From positions 36,972,260 to 37,036,259 of the forward strand of contig JAUZTB010000033.1 in NCBI GenBank assembly GCA_034780895.1: a DNA stretch of 64,000 nt, read 5' to 3'. Every line of letters starts with the position of its first letter. Positions within the stretch are counted from its first letter, which is position 1. This document shows, one piece after another, positions 50,738 to 63,370 of this stretch. This DNA comes from Rhynchobatus australiae (lineage: Eukaryota). A program made the position numbers and the translations under genes. The notes below the pieces were generated by a model. That model was not told where the DNA came from, ran no database searches, and was given only the letters and a program-made list of their open reading frames with translations.

Positions 50738-50932
50738 CTTACTTTCCTTCCTTGGGCAGTCCCTCAGGATCAACCATGACTTCTACTCCAGTCTTGTGGA
50801 TTCTGAAGTGGCTAATGAGGCCGGTGAGGAACTGCAGGGGCCCCCACATATGGGGCAGGTGACTGACTGACAGGGCAGGCAGTTGGATAGTTGGTGCATT
50901 CCTTCCACTGCTTGCACAAGGCTTGTGCACGG
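50738..50932 (-). mobile_element. RTE LINE 3' end, inverted relative to the upstream piece
   Basis: QALCKQWKEC, CPICG and GLISHFRIH (C2H2-like), with gagggactgcccaagg tail. Confidence 0.8.
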
Positions 50933-51594
50933 GTAGAATCTACCTGTCCATCTGTGAAGTGGGTCGAACAATGACTGTTAGTATATTTAAATGCAGGTCC
51001 ATCACAGCTGAGTGCATTCCTTGCTTGTCATCTTTTTCAGGAGTGATTGAGAACTGCAACTGATTTTTATTTCCAGGCAACACTGATCCCGAGGCCATTT
51101 GTAAAGGGTGTTTACTGCTGTTTTGGTAAAATCAATAAACTCTGAAAATACAATGGATTGAAAGTGGGAGTTTCCAACTTGGGATCACGATATTATAATG
51201 AATGACTTGCAGGAAATTGATTAACCTTTAACCCTCTTTGCAAATCATAAACCTAGTAATCCATTTTAATGACCATTTATTCTGCATGTGTTTTAAGATG
51301 CCGGGAGCATTTATAGAATGGTATATGAAATTGCTGAGCTCTCCATTCTAACGCATTAGTTGCCAATAGTGACATCTTTTCTCAACCCACCCTGCTTTTT
51401 ACAGTTGTGTGGGTCCTCTGCTTAGCCAGGGATGTTGCTTTGGTCAGTTTACATGGTTTTGTAATGGAACTTGCTGCTCCATTTTAATTGAAGCATCTCA
51501 CTACTGTCGGTGATTTGTATTCGTGTTTGAAATAAGAGGAATGTCAATATCTAGAAATCATCCATCTCTTATTTTCATGTAGCCTAGGTTGTCT

Positions 51595-52030
51595 TAATCA
51601 GTCATACAGTACAGAAATGGGTCCTATGGCTCCCTGTGTCTGTGCAGACCATCAACCATTTACCAGCATCACATCTGTAGCCGCCTTTGTCTTGGGGGTT
51701 GGTTGTCTAAATACTTAAATGTGAGAGGACCTGCCTCCACTACTCACTCAAGCAGTATATGCTCAAGATTCCATCCATCCACTAGGTGAAAAAGTTCTGC
51801 CTTGGATCCCCTCAAAACCTCCTCTTGCCCTTTTCCCTAAACCTTCCCCTTCTAATTTCATACGTCTCCACTCTGTATTTTCTATCCATGCCCACATAAT
51901 CTTGAATACATCTATCAGGTTCTCTCTGGCCTCCTCCACTCCAATGAAAGCACACCCAGTCTATCTTGAGTGTCCTTATAGCTTCCAACATAGTGGTGAA
52001 TCTCCTTTGTACCCTCTCCTTTGCAATTGC
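51595..52030 (-). mobile_element. HER1/CR1 3' fragment
   Basis: gtcatacagtacagaaatgggtcct tail and ggtgaatctcctttgtaccctctcc. Confidence 0.7.
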
Positions 52031-52714
52031 ATCCTTAATGGTTTTGTTAACTTTGAAGTATGGAACAGAAATGTTGGGTCATTAAATGCTGACAGTGTTT
52101 TTCTCAGCAGATCCTACCTGACTTGCTAGATATTTCTCACATTTACTATTAATTTTATTCCTTTCTGGCCTCTGTCACACTGACCTGGATAGTTTGTGAC
52201 TTGGGTTATCTATTTCATCCTGAGCAGAGTTTCTGACTCACTTTCCGCTCTAACGGGCTTGGTAGTGCTATTTCCCCCTTACTTCAACTTGCAAGTAAAA
52301 TTCCCATTTTTTTTCTCTGCTGTCTTGTGCTCTATTTGGTGCACTCCTGGTCAGTAATCTGCAGCTGATACTGTATTCCGTCTGACATTCACAGTTACCA
52401 TGTCCTTGTTGATCTAAGTTATTTCTCAGTCCTGCAACATCTCAAACATGGGTTACTGCTTTGCAAGTTTTATCAATGTATTCTACTATTTAAAAAGTAT
52501 CAAGATCCTTTTCATCCATCCACGGGTGTGAGGTAGAGATCAGAAGTCAGAACTCTGAATTTCCACTCCCCACCAATCTCTTCTAATGAAGTAAGTAATT
52601 GAGGTCAAGTTTAGTGTCCCAGCTGCATAATCTGAGACCAAGTAACTCATTCTGTTTGTACAACCAATAAATTTCGGATGTCTTTGTACAGGCTCTGCTG
52701 AGGGAATTTCTGGA

Positions 52715-53770
52715 ATTGGAGGTGGTTTATTATTGTCACATGCGCTGACGTATAATTAAAAACTTGTCTTGCATACTGTTCATACAGATGAATTATACAG
52801 TACATTGAGGTAGTACAAGGTAAAACAATACAGAATGCAGAGTAAAGTGCAACAGCTACAGAGAGAGTGCAGTACAGGTAGACAATAAGGTGCAAGGCCA
52901 TAATGAGGTAGATTGTGAAGTCAAGAGTCCCTTATCTTACTGGGAACAATTCAATTATCTATAAAAGCAGGATAGAAGCTGTCTTTGAGCCTGGTGGTAT
53001 GTGCTTTCAGGATTTTTGTACACTCTGCCCGATGGGAGAAGGGAGAAGACAATGTCTGGGGTAGGTGGGTTCTTTGATTATGCTGGCTGCTTTACTGAGG
53101 CAGTGAAGTATAGGAGTCCGTGGAGGAGAGGCTGGTTTCTGTGATGTGCTGAGCTGTGTCCACAACTCTCTGCAGTTCCTTGCAGTTGTGGGCAGAATAT
53201 TTGCTGTACCAAGCCGTGATGCATCTGGATAGGATGCTTTCCATGGTACATCGATTTTAAAAATTGGTGAGTGTCAAAGAGGACATGCCAGATTTCTTTG
53301 GCACGTCCTCAGTTGTGATTGGACCAGGACAGGTTTTTGGTGATGTTCACTCCTAAGAACTTGAAGCTCTCAACCTCGCACCATTGATGTAGACAGGAGT
53401 GTGTGCACTTCCTTTCTCTTCTCCACCACCCACATNNNNNNNNNNNNNNNNNNNTGTGTGCACTTCCTTTCTCTTCTCCACCACCCACCTTCCCCCCCCC
53501 CCTCCCCCAACACCACCTGAAGTCAATGACCAGCTTTTGTTTTGCTGACATAGAGGAAAAGGTTGCTGTCATGACACCATTTCACTAAGCTCTCTCTCCT
53601 TCCTGTACTCTGACACATTGTTATTTGAGATGCAACCCACTACAGGGGTATCATCTGCAAACTTTTAGGTGGAGTTAGGACAGAATCTGGCCATGCAGTT
53701 ATGAGTGTAAAGGGAGTAGAGTAGGGGCTGAGGACAGCCTTGTGGGGCACCACTGTTGAGGAAAATCATA
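52715..53770 (-). mobile_element. Rex1/Babar LINE RT/3' fragment
   Basis: Minus strand GAPQG, KFADD, VIDFR and VESFKFLGVNIT motifs; tail ggtttattattgtcacatg. Confidence 0.9.
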
Positions 53771-53859
53771 GTTGGGAGGTAAGGAAGATTGAATTCAAGC
53801 AACTTAAATGCACTGCTGCCACTTCTTGCCTTGTTCAACCCTTTCAGTGGGATTTGAAC

Positions 53860-54130
53860 AGATAGTCTAGAGCCAGGCTGATGCTTCAGTGCAGGATAAA
53901 GTGCTGTGCTGTCTGAGGTCGTGGCTTTGAGGTGAGATGTTGAACCAGGATTCTAGGATTTTTTAAAAACAATCCAATAATTTCACAAAGAAAGTGAAAC
54001 TTTTGCCTATGATTCCTCCTTGAATTTCTTCCTCAACCAGTGTATTGATCTGGTATGTTTGTGATGATGTCCTAGGTGCAAATTAGTACAGTTGCTTGCA
54101 TAGCAATCTCAGAAGTGAACTGCTCTGTGC
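53860..54130 (+). mobile_element. Deu-domain SINE remnant
   Basis: caggctgatgcttcagtgcagga...gtgctgtgctgtctgaggt...gagatgttgaaccagg resembles the Deu core. Confidence 0.55.
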
Positions 54131-55664
54131 CTTGAGAGCTTGATTATTGCACGAGCTAACCACTCAGTGTACAGGTCAATGTTAGAAGGTTTGAATGTTT
54201 CAAGCAGCATTACTGTGCTATTTACAAGACGTTAGTTGCTGCAATGTTGTGCTAGAGAATTCTCCTGGGATCAGTCAGAATGTTGTACACATGAATCCAG
54301 GCAAAATATTTTTGTAAGTCGGTGGCTAGATTGAGATCTAACTAGTCAGTGTAAAATGATGGAGAAGCTCATGACAGTTCTCCACAGACGTCTTTTGCAT
54401 TTTGGTTATAAACATGACTAAATAAGACACTTCCATGTGACTGTCACCATGGTGATTATCTGGCATGATATTACATATTGTGCAAACAACTGAATGATTC
54501 CTTTCCTGGGATAACTGACTGAGTTAGCTGAGCAGGAATGTTGGCTTGGTTGCTTTTCCATTCATTATTTCTAGCTGGACAGCTGCCTTGCCCTTATTTT
54601 ATGACATTTCCAGCCAGCTCCCCAGTTGGGATTTCTCTGGCTACGAGGAATGCTTGTTCCCTTTCAGTAATATTAACATGAGAAGCTGGGTGGGTGGACA
54701 TTTTGAGTGGTAGAACTGTTTTCACCTCAAACTGATGGCTTGCACGGCTGCAGTAAAAATGGAAAATGCAGGAAACACTCATCAGGACCGGCAATGTATA
54801 TGGAACAAGAAACGGAATTAATGCTTCAGGTTGAAGATTCTCCCTTAGAACTGGAACTTTTCTTATTTTCATTTGTTACCAGCTTCATTTGTTGATTATT
54901 AAACAAGCTACAGGCCTGCTGATTTGGGACCTGTCCTTTCTACTTGAAGATCTCTGGCGGCCAGATTTTGCAGCCACCGAGCACCAAGCTGGCCTGCTGA
55001 TCCCCTAACACGTCCACTCCTCTGGGAGTCGTATGTGCACCAGTGTAACTTTTTCTCCCTATCCATTTCCCCTCCTGCCCTCTAGGGCTGACGCTGTGAG
55101 GAATTGGCAAGGGTGAAAGGAACGAAAATCAGAGTGGAAGACTCATGGGTTATACAGATGGAACAGAAATCTGAAACACTTACTCCACATTAGAATTTGT
55201 GTTTCACTTAAGCCTTCATTTTCCTTGCCTCATCTAAATCTATCTGTATAGCTATCCATTCCCTCCTCCCTTGTGTTAACCTGGCCTATTGCTAAATGGG
55301 TCCATACCATTCACTTCAACTACTTGTGGGAGCAAGTTACGTTCTTGCCACTCTTTGGTTAAAGAGGTCTTTTCTGAACTCCCTTTTGGTTTTCTTGATT
55401 ATTTTGTATCGATGGCACCTAGTCCTGCTCTTCCCCACAGTGCAAATGTTCTCTCTAGCCACTCTCACAACACAAATTCTATTGGGTCATTAAGTTGTCC
55501 ACAGTTACCTTCAGTGATAGACTGTCTAGTGAATGCACCAGGGTATATTCTGTATTAGCCAACACAAGCCAGCTGCTTGTATTTGCTGTGCTTTTTATTT
55601 GTATACTGTAGATTGCAGTGCATTCAGATTTTTGAACAAGTAACTGGATTAAACAGCCCAAATC

Positions 55665-55885
55665 AACAGCAACAAATGAAATGCTGGAGGAACTCTGCAG
55701 GTCAGGCAGCATCTGTGGCAGGAAATGGGCTGTCAACATTTTGGGTTAAGACCCCTTCATCTGGAATGAAGGATGGAGGCAAACGATAGATGGATCCAGG
55801 TGAGGAGGGGTGATGGGCAGATGGAGAAGGGAAGAGTGGAAATAACAAGACTGTTGCTCCAGATTCCAGCATCTGCAGTCTCAAA
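55665..55885 (-). mobile_element. Short Penelope-type element with an inverted terminal segment
   Basis: Terminal-repeat body on the minus strand (55668-55850). Its normal end, tgttgctccagattccagcatctgcagtctc, is on the plus strand at 55852-55882. Confidence 0.75.
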
Positions 55886-56399
55886 TCTTAATGCATTGGA
55901 GACCTTGCTCATTACAAAACGAGTTGGAGGGCATTGAGTTTGGAGGGGTTATGGTGTTGGTGATATCTGGGGCAGGTCATATGATCTGTAGGAGAAATGA
56001 ATGGACGTGGCCAATGCCAAATCTTGTGTAATGAAGGAATATTACCTGCATTCTCCTCTGCTTGCCACAGCTAGTAGTAACAGTGGTTACTGGGAATGAA
56101 CCAGAGCTCCAGAGGAGAGTGATGGACAGCAGCCGTGCAGAAAGGAGTGAATTCTAGATGAACAGAAATGTACCTCTTTTGGGATGGGGAGTTGGCGCCG
56201 CTATTTGGATTTCCATTCTGACTAAAATATCGGGTGTGTTCATTTACAAATGTACGAGAACAGCAGTCCACTTGTGCACTTTTTTTGTTGGAAATTGATT
56301 GTGCCTGCAGAGATCACTTCGAGTGTCTTGCACGTGCTCAAGATGTCACGCACAGCAGTAAAATTATTTGAAGTGATAAAATGGAACATATAAAATTGG

Positions 56400-58560
56400 T
56401 CCCAAAATAAAACTGTAGGTGATGGAAATCTGAATTTAAAAGTACTGTGTCAGATAGCATCTGTGGAGAGAAGCAATTAACATTCAGATTGACCTCACAG
56501 AAATGAAAAGAAATTGCAAAGGGTGGGGAAGGGAAGATGTAATAGAGTAATTAAACAACAAGAAATGGCTTTCAAGTAAAAGGAGTGAATGGTAATGGTT
56601 CACAAAGAGAAATGGATGGATCCACTGGAGCTGTAAGTGGCAACCACTAAATCCTTAGTGGCCACTATGTGTGGGGTAGTAGGGAGGAGAATGAAAAATA
56701 GGAATGGAGGCTAGATCAGCAATAGTTTAATGCAATGAGTCCGGAGTTTCAATTAAAAGAATTAGAATAATGTTCATGAGGCACGGGGGTATGGCAGAGA
56801 ATTAGAACGACAATTGACCAGAAACTTGGGGTCATAACTGCTAAAGACTGGAGATATTCAGCAAAGTGATCATGCAATCTGTGTTTGGTGTGGAGGGGTT
56901 TGTGTGCCAGAACATTAAGCTACTTTAAAAGGTGACAGGAAACAATTAAGCAATTGGGATCCTGGGATTTTTAAAATTGAGGCATAGAATACAAAGCCAG
57001 GAAGTTGTGTTCATTCCCTGCTACAGTGTTGCATCACAGTCTGGACACTTTAATTTGCATCGATGAATGAGGGATTGTAGTGTGAATAGAATGGTGACGC
57101 CCTGTTTAAGACTGGAGGCAGATAATAGATTTGATAGGTGTTTCAAAAATCATTTATAGAGTAAAAAATGACTTTTTTCAGTGACTGAGAGGTTGATAAC
57201 CAGAGGACCTAACATCACTGAATTACAGAGCAGAGATCTTGAAGATTTTTTGATTAGACTAGAAGGATTTGGAATACAATGCCTGAGCAGTTGAAAAGCA
57301 AAACGTGAAGAAATAGGAAGAATAACTGGAACCAACTCTACTTTCAAAAGCGACTGAGTCTGACTGAACAACAGCCTTGTTGCTCCACATTCCAGCATCT
57401 GCATAATTTTAAGCATTTGTGAATCAGTTTTACTGAAATGTGTGTGGGGCCTTGGCTGATGCCAATGGAGGTGGTGAGGGGTCAATGCAGCATATTTTGT
57501 GCTAGCATGGAAAGAAGTCAGAGAAGCCACTGGAAGATTGGAGCAAGGTGATGTGGAAGGAAGGATCCCTTCCAAATGCTAAAGGAAGATGGTGGCCATG
57601 CAGGACAAGGTTGCAGAGGATCTTTTGAATGTGGCGTCTGAGGACAAGGAAAAACTAATCGTGCTTCTCAAAGCAAGGGATGGGGGGGTGGGCACATGAT
57701 TTAATTTTGACCATGTGGGAGGGGGATGTTAAATAAGTTCCACACAACCAGATACACAAGCCTTTAATAAATTTAGTGATCATTGGGAGGACGATACCTT
57801 TGGTTGCCCATAGGTTGAAATGAAAATGCTGTGCAAATGTGACTGGCAACAGTGAGATCTCTGTCCTGATTGGAGGGACTTTCTCCTGGTGTGCAGTGTG
57901 GCATTGCCACTGAGATGGAGAAATCAAGGATATAGCCTCTTCAAAATTTTGGGGTGAAGGCAAAGAACCATGTGTAGTGTAGGTTTTTCTTTCTAGTTAG
58001 CGAGGAAACTGCATAGATAGTGTAAGTAGCCATAGATAAAGGGTCTGTGTAGTTCTGGAGTGAAGAATGTCTCCTAATAAAGCAAGAATATCTAGAGTCC
58101 ACATGTTGCTGTAGTGACACCTTTCTACTTGGATGAAGTCTGAGTCCACTGAGAAAATGTTCAATACTGGAGTGGGAACTGGTTAGGCCATCTGTGGATG
58201 AGGTTTAGAGGGAGTGGACATCCACAGTTGTAAGATTGGCTCTGGATGTGGGAAACTGGAGAGCATTGGAAGTATTACATGTATAGCTTGTAAAGGACTA
58301 GAAAAGGAATACAGGGAAGCAATTGTAATGGGAAGATTGAATAGTTTAACATGTCTGTCCACAGGCCTTTTTTTAGTGGAATGCCAGTGAGATGATCTCA
58401 ATGAGACCATTACCCAGGCATTCTGCTTAATTCTCAGCAAATTGATACAGCTTACCCAGCCAGATGCAACGTGTAACTGACTGTCTCCAAGTCAGCCAGG
58501 GAGATCTACAGTCAACTGTCCTTGAGTGGTGGCTGATTCTCACCTGTACATACTCTGATA
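56400..58560 (-). mobile_element. Decayed Penelope-like element (terminal repeat plus RT remnants) with nested CR1 fragment at ~56940-57350
   Basis: Minus strand TVDVHSL*TS near 58200-58230 (PLE DVxSLYTxI motif) and TKGI/ACVSGCVE near 57735-57805. Terminal repeat at 56410-56500. Confidence 0.55.
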
Positions 58561-58654
58561 TTACTCCTCTAGATATGGCTGTTGTCATGTGCAGAGTTCT
58601 CACCTGGCACTTGCCCAAGAGGATGTCAGTATTTTATGGTCTGAAGTTATTCTG

Positions 58655-58845
58655 AGCTGGGAGGCGTAGTGGTGCTGCAGGTAGTATAGCTGCTGGTTAT
58701 TAGTTTAATGTGTTGCTTTAACTACCCCTAACATAAGTGACTGGTGGAAAGATGGATGTGTGTGGATGAATAGGTTGCAAGGGAATAATGAGGGATGGGA
58801 TTACTCTTGAGCTGATGTTAACTAGATGGGTTGCAGGGCCCACTA
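58655..58845 (+). mobile_element. V-SINE remnant, internally deleted
   Basis: ggcgtagtggtgctgcaggtagt head and gaataggttgcaagggaata block shared with 11146-11485. Confidence 0.55.
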
Positions 58846-60944
58846 TGAAATTTGAGCACACTACCTTCTGTGGCACTGATGTAGGGTTGGTAGACTGAAG
58901 ACGAACATTGTTAGATATGTAGTAGCAATAGTTGACATGTGACCTGGTGGAGAAATGGAAATGGCTTTGGATGTGTGAGACATGTTAACTGGAAAGGGAA
59001 TGGTTTCTTGAGCTGAGTGGGTTATCTGGTGTTAGAATGCCTCTGTACTTTTGTGGGCAAATGGTGTAAAGGATGTCACACAGTGCTCCTCTCCTTGAGG
59101 CATTCTGGTCTGTTTAAGTAACAGTGGGGCCCTGGTGCCATTGAGCTCCATCAGGAACTTGTATGTTAGAAACTGAATTGAACAATTCAATAAATGGACC
59201 ACAAAGATGAGGAGAAATAATCAGGTTTCTAGCAACATTTAGTTGTAAGTTTCTTATTATGGTATCATTTCGGTATGGTAGTGCAGTGATGGTCTAGCAA
59301 CATGGGGTTTGAGATTTTCATTTGATCTGGTAATTTTGATCATTTATGAACAGGCACTAGAAAAAATGTTGCCAGTTAGTCATAAAAGTTTGTATTCATT
59401 GATGGTAAAACATTGCTTTGGTGTCATATCCAGGATTCAGTTCCACATTTTAGTGATTTCCGTGNNNNNNNNNNNNNNNNNNNNNNNNNNNNNNNNNNNN
59501 NAAACAACTGCTGGCTGCTCAAATCAACGAACAACAGGCATTGTATGTGTGTCCTTGCAGTGTTGTCAGTGTCCTAAAAATAAACTCTGAAAGCTAGTTG
59601 TAGCGTTCCCTGGCCCTGCATATTAAGGAGACAATTAGTTACCACACTAGTCCCACTATGTCAGGAAGTGCAGTGTTTATATCCAGTTTAAATATACTTT
59701 GCTGTATGGGGAGTCCAACTGAGACATCGGAAATCCAAATGTATTGCTACAGCTGGCTGAAGGATGACAGGAAAAGCTTGAGTGGAAAGTAGTGAACACT
59801 GAGGTTAGTTGATGTGAATAATCTGGATTAGCAAATTTTTAATATCAAACTGTGAGGATCTCACTGATCCATCTTCTTCCTTAAGAGCCATAGTGCCAGG
59901 AGGAAATGGTTCTAGTCTGGACTTCTTGTACTTGTCGTGTTGATGGAAAATTATTTAGAAACCTCCAATTAACAGTTCTATATTGTAAGCAAGTATGTGA
60001 AACATAATGCCTCCAGTGTTGGAAACCTGAAGTAAAAACATTCCAAGTCTTGGGCAGGCAAGTTAGAAATTGCTAGACGTACTGGGCAATATTAAAGCAG
60101 GAGAAACAGAAGCCATGTCACTGGTCTATGGAGTTGGAAGGAATGTTGATGTTTCCCCATATCGACCCAGTTCTGGTACAGGACCCAATGGAAATATTGA
60201 ATCTGCTGAGCACGTCCAGTGCTTCTTATTTTGCCCAGTTTCTCTTTAGAAAATACATGCCTCCTGAAAGCCCACTCTGTTAAACAGGATCAGGAACCTG
60301 CAAGAGGTGATGTAATTTACAGTACCCATTTCCTGGCATGATATTTCAGCTTTAGTGCTTGTTGAATTGTGATGCTCAGGGAAACTACCTATTTGGCAGT
60401 AGTATCTCATGAGCAGAGTCCAGATCTAGGAGTTGCCACTGAAATGGCTGTGATGAGATAGTGTTGTTCTCCTTTTTGAGATCTGAGTTATACAGGGGGA
60501 CAAATGTTACAATAAAATTCTATATCCAGGAGTGAAATCAGCAAGCACCTTTTCCACAAATAGAAGTAGAGGAATTCTGAAACTTTCCTGGATGGCTATT
60601 GGCACCAGATCACTGCATTTGCCAAGGTTCCAATCAATTTTGATATGCAAGGGTATTGAGGGATATGAATAATATGTGCTTAAATGGAATTGAGGTATAG
60701 ATGGACTATGATCTAATTAAATGACAGAATTTGCTTGAGGGACTAAATGCCCTACTGCTGTTCATGTTTAGAACAAAATTATATTTCTCCCTTCTGCCTT
60801 GTGATGTGGAGGTGTTAGTTAAAATTTGACTTGAATATTCATGGTTCAAGGTATATAATCACATATTTTAAACTACTTCCATCTGGAATTGAATGCAAAC
60901 TGACTGCATTAACAGAAGGTAATGAGATCAAAAAGACATTTTGG

Positions 60945-61055
60945 TTCTCAACCCAAAATGTCGACCATCCCTCTGCCTCCACAGATGCTAGTTGACCTGT
61001 TGAGTTCCTCCAGCAGTTTTTTTTTGCTCCAGATTACAGCATCTGCAGTCTTGAG
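60945..61055 (+). mobile_element. Penelope-type terminal repeat
   Basis: caacccaaaatgtcgacc...cacagatgctagttgacctgttgagttcctccagcag...ttgctccagattacagcatctgcagtc. Confidence 0.75.
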
Positions 61056-61999
61056 TCAACTGATCTCATCATCTGGTGACAGTGTTTAATGGATTTAATG
61101 CCAGCCTAGAACAGGTGGTGTTTGTTGCAAACCTGAACCTAGAGTAGAGCCATCGGGAGCAGATGAATGTTTTCTGGTAATCTGATGTTTACTGTGCTCT
61201 TTAGAAGTTCACCTCTCAGTTGTTTGGATTAACAACATGCAGCAACTTCCAATCTGGCATTTAACACTTGCAGCACTAATATGTTTTGGGAACTTGTTCT
61301 TTGATATGTTTTCATTTGAACCTAGAATGCCAGTGTGAATTTGTGGTGAAAGTGGCATGAATGAGGCTGATTCTTGGGTAGGGCAATGGAGAAGAGCAGA
61401 ACTGAGCAAGGCACCAGCTGCACAGGCCTGATAATGTGTGTGTGCGCTTTTAGAAGTGCATCATGGACATGTTTTCCATTTCTGATTCCTTTCTCAGAAT
61501 GTTTCCAGTTTGTGTTGGCTGGATAAAAAGCACCACTGCTTTTTGCTTTTCATTTGTCACTTTTATGTTGGGAGTAAGTTTCTTTTTAAATTTCAAGTAA
61601 ATAAAGAATAAGTTCAGAAATTCTCTTAAATCAGTCTTGGAACTTGATTCGCCTCCTCCCTGTGAGAAGCACAGGTAATATCTAGCACACACACTGCCTT
61701 TCTCTGTGGAGGAACTGACTGTTATCTGAGGTACTGACTGCTCTCTGGAATGGCGGGCACTATATCTGAGGAGATGAAGAGAACCTTGAATAAATTGGGG
61801 CCTTGCAGTGTCCATGTTCTGAAGAGAGTTTGGCAGTAGATACTGTTTAAATAAATGCAAGCTGCAATTTACATTGGTTTCATGGCTGGAATTTTCCATG
61901 CTAACACAATTTATTCCACAAAGCAAATTCTTCTGAAATTTGTGTGCAATATGCTGAGCTTCAATTTTACCTCATGGAAGTAATGGTATGATATCCTAG

Positions 62000-63370
62000 G
62001 GCTAGGAGAATTGCTGTAGGGGTCTAATGAAAAGGAGGAATGGGGAGTGGGGTAAGAAGTACTGGAGAAATTAATGGGACTGGCAGTAAATTCCCCGGGC
62101 CAAATCTACATCCCAGAATAAGAAGAGGTAGCCATAGAAATAGCAAATGCATTGGTTGTCATGTTCCAAACACTTATAGATATGGTTCATGCAGATGAAA
62201 GGGTGGCAAATGTAACTCTATTTGGAGAAAATTAAGAAGAGAGTGTGATTACAGACTGGTTAGTTTAATATCAGGAGCAGGGAAAATGCGAGAATCTATT
62301 TTAAAGGATATGATAATAGGACAGAAAATATGAACAATATTAGACAAAGTATTGTGGAGCATGATTGACAAACCACCTGAAGTTTTGAGGATGCAAGTTG
62401 TAGAACAGATGATGGAGAATTGGTGGATGTGGTTATTTGGATTTTCAGATTAAAATATAAGATTAGTATGCAAAATTGAACAAGCAATTGGGGGTAATGT
62501 AATTGCATGGAGAGAGAGAAAGTGGATGATAAACCCAAGTAGGAATAAATGGGTTCTTCACAGGTTGGCAAGTGCTAATTAGTAAGTTCTCCCAGAGATT
62601 CACAATATGTATCAATGATTTGGATGGGGGAATGTAATACTGCTGTGTTTGCTGATGACACAAAGCTGTATCTTTCTTGCAACTTGCGACCCCACACAAA
62701 AAGGTGATTGAGACAAGCTGAGTAAGTGGACAAATACTTGGCAAATGCAGTTTATGGTGTATAAATGTGTAGTAAAAACCAAAAGACAAGGTGTTGCTTT
62801 GTTTTTAAATGGGAAATATTGATGCCCGAAGGGATTCGTGTGTCCATGTACACCAGTCACTCAAAGCAAATGTGCAGGAACAGCATGCAGTTTAAGAGAG
62901 CAAATGGTCTGTTGGCCTTCGAGGATTTAAGTACTAGTACAAGGATATTATACAGGGCATGGTGAGACCACACCTGGAGTATTGTGTGCCATTTTGGATT
63001 CCCTACCTCAGGAGTACAATGAAAGTTTACCAGACTGATTCTTGGGATGGTGGGACTGTATGAGGAGAAATTGGATTGGGTCTGTATTCACTGGAGTGAA
63101 ACACAAAATTCTGGAGCTTAACTGGCTGGAAGCAGGAAGGGTGTTTTCCATAGTGGGTCACTGGATAATCTCTGGATAAGGAATTTAGGATTGAGAGGTT
63201 TCTTCCACTGAGTGGTGAAGCTGTGGAATTCTCTTGCACAGAAGACTGTAACCCAGAGTGGAATATATTTGGGAAGGAGATGGATTTCCTTGGCATCAAG
63301 AGGAGTGAGGTGAGATGGAGCTATGAGAGTGTTGAATGATGGAGCAGGTTTGAATGGCCTGCTCCCCTTC
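62000..63370 (+). mobile_element. CR1 LINE RT/3' fragment, degenerate
   Basis: KFPGP, VANVT, YLDFQ, FADDTK and RPHLEYCVPFW motifs. Confidence 0.9.

Noticed and set aside
51404-51490. Good acceptor (ctgctttttacag) followed by hydrophobic codons, as possible CD81 exon 3
   Set aside because: Peptide VVWVLCLARDV... lacks the GFLGCYGA motif and hits a stop.
59692-59760. IYFAVWGVQLRHRKSKCI, superficially like CD81 exon 3 (IY..AVG...ESQCL)
   Set aside because: Too short and lacks the GFLGC core. The nearest AG gives an immediate in-frame TAA.
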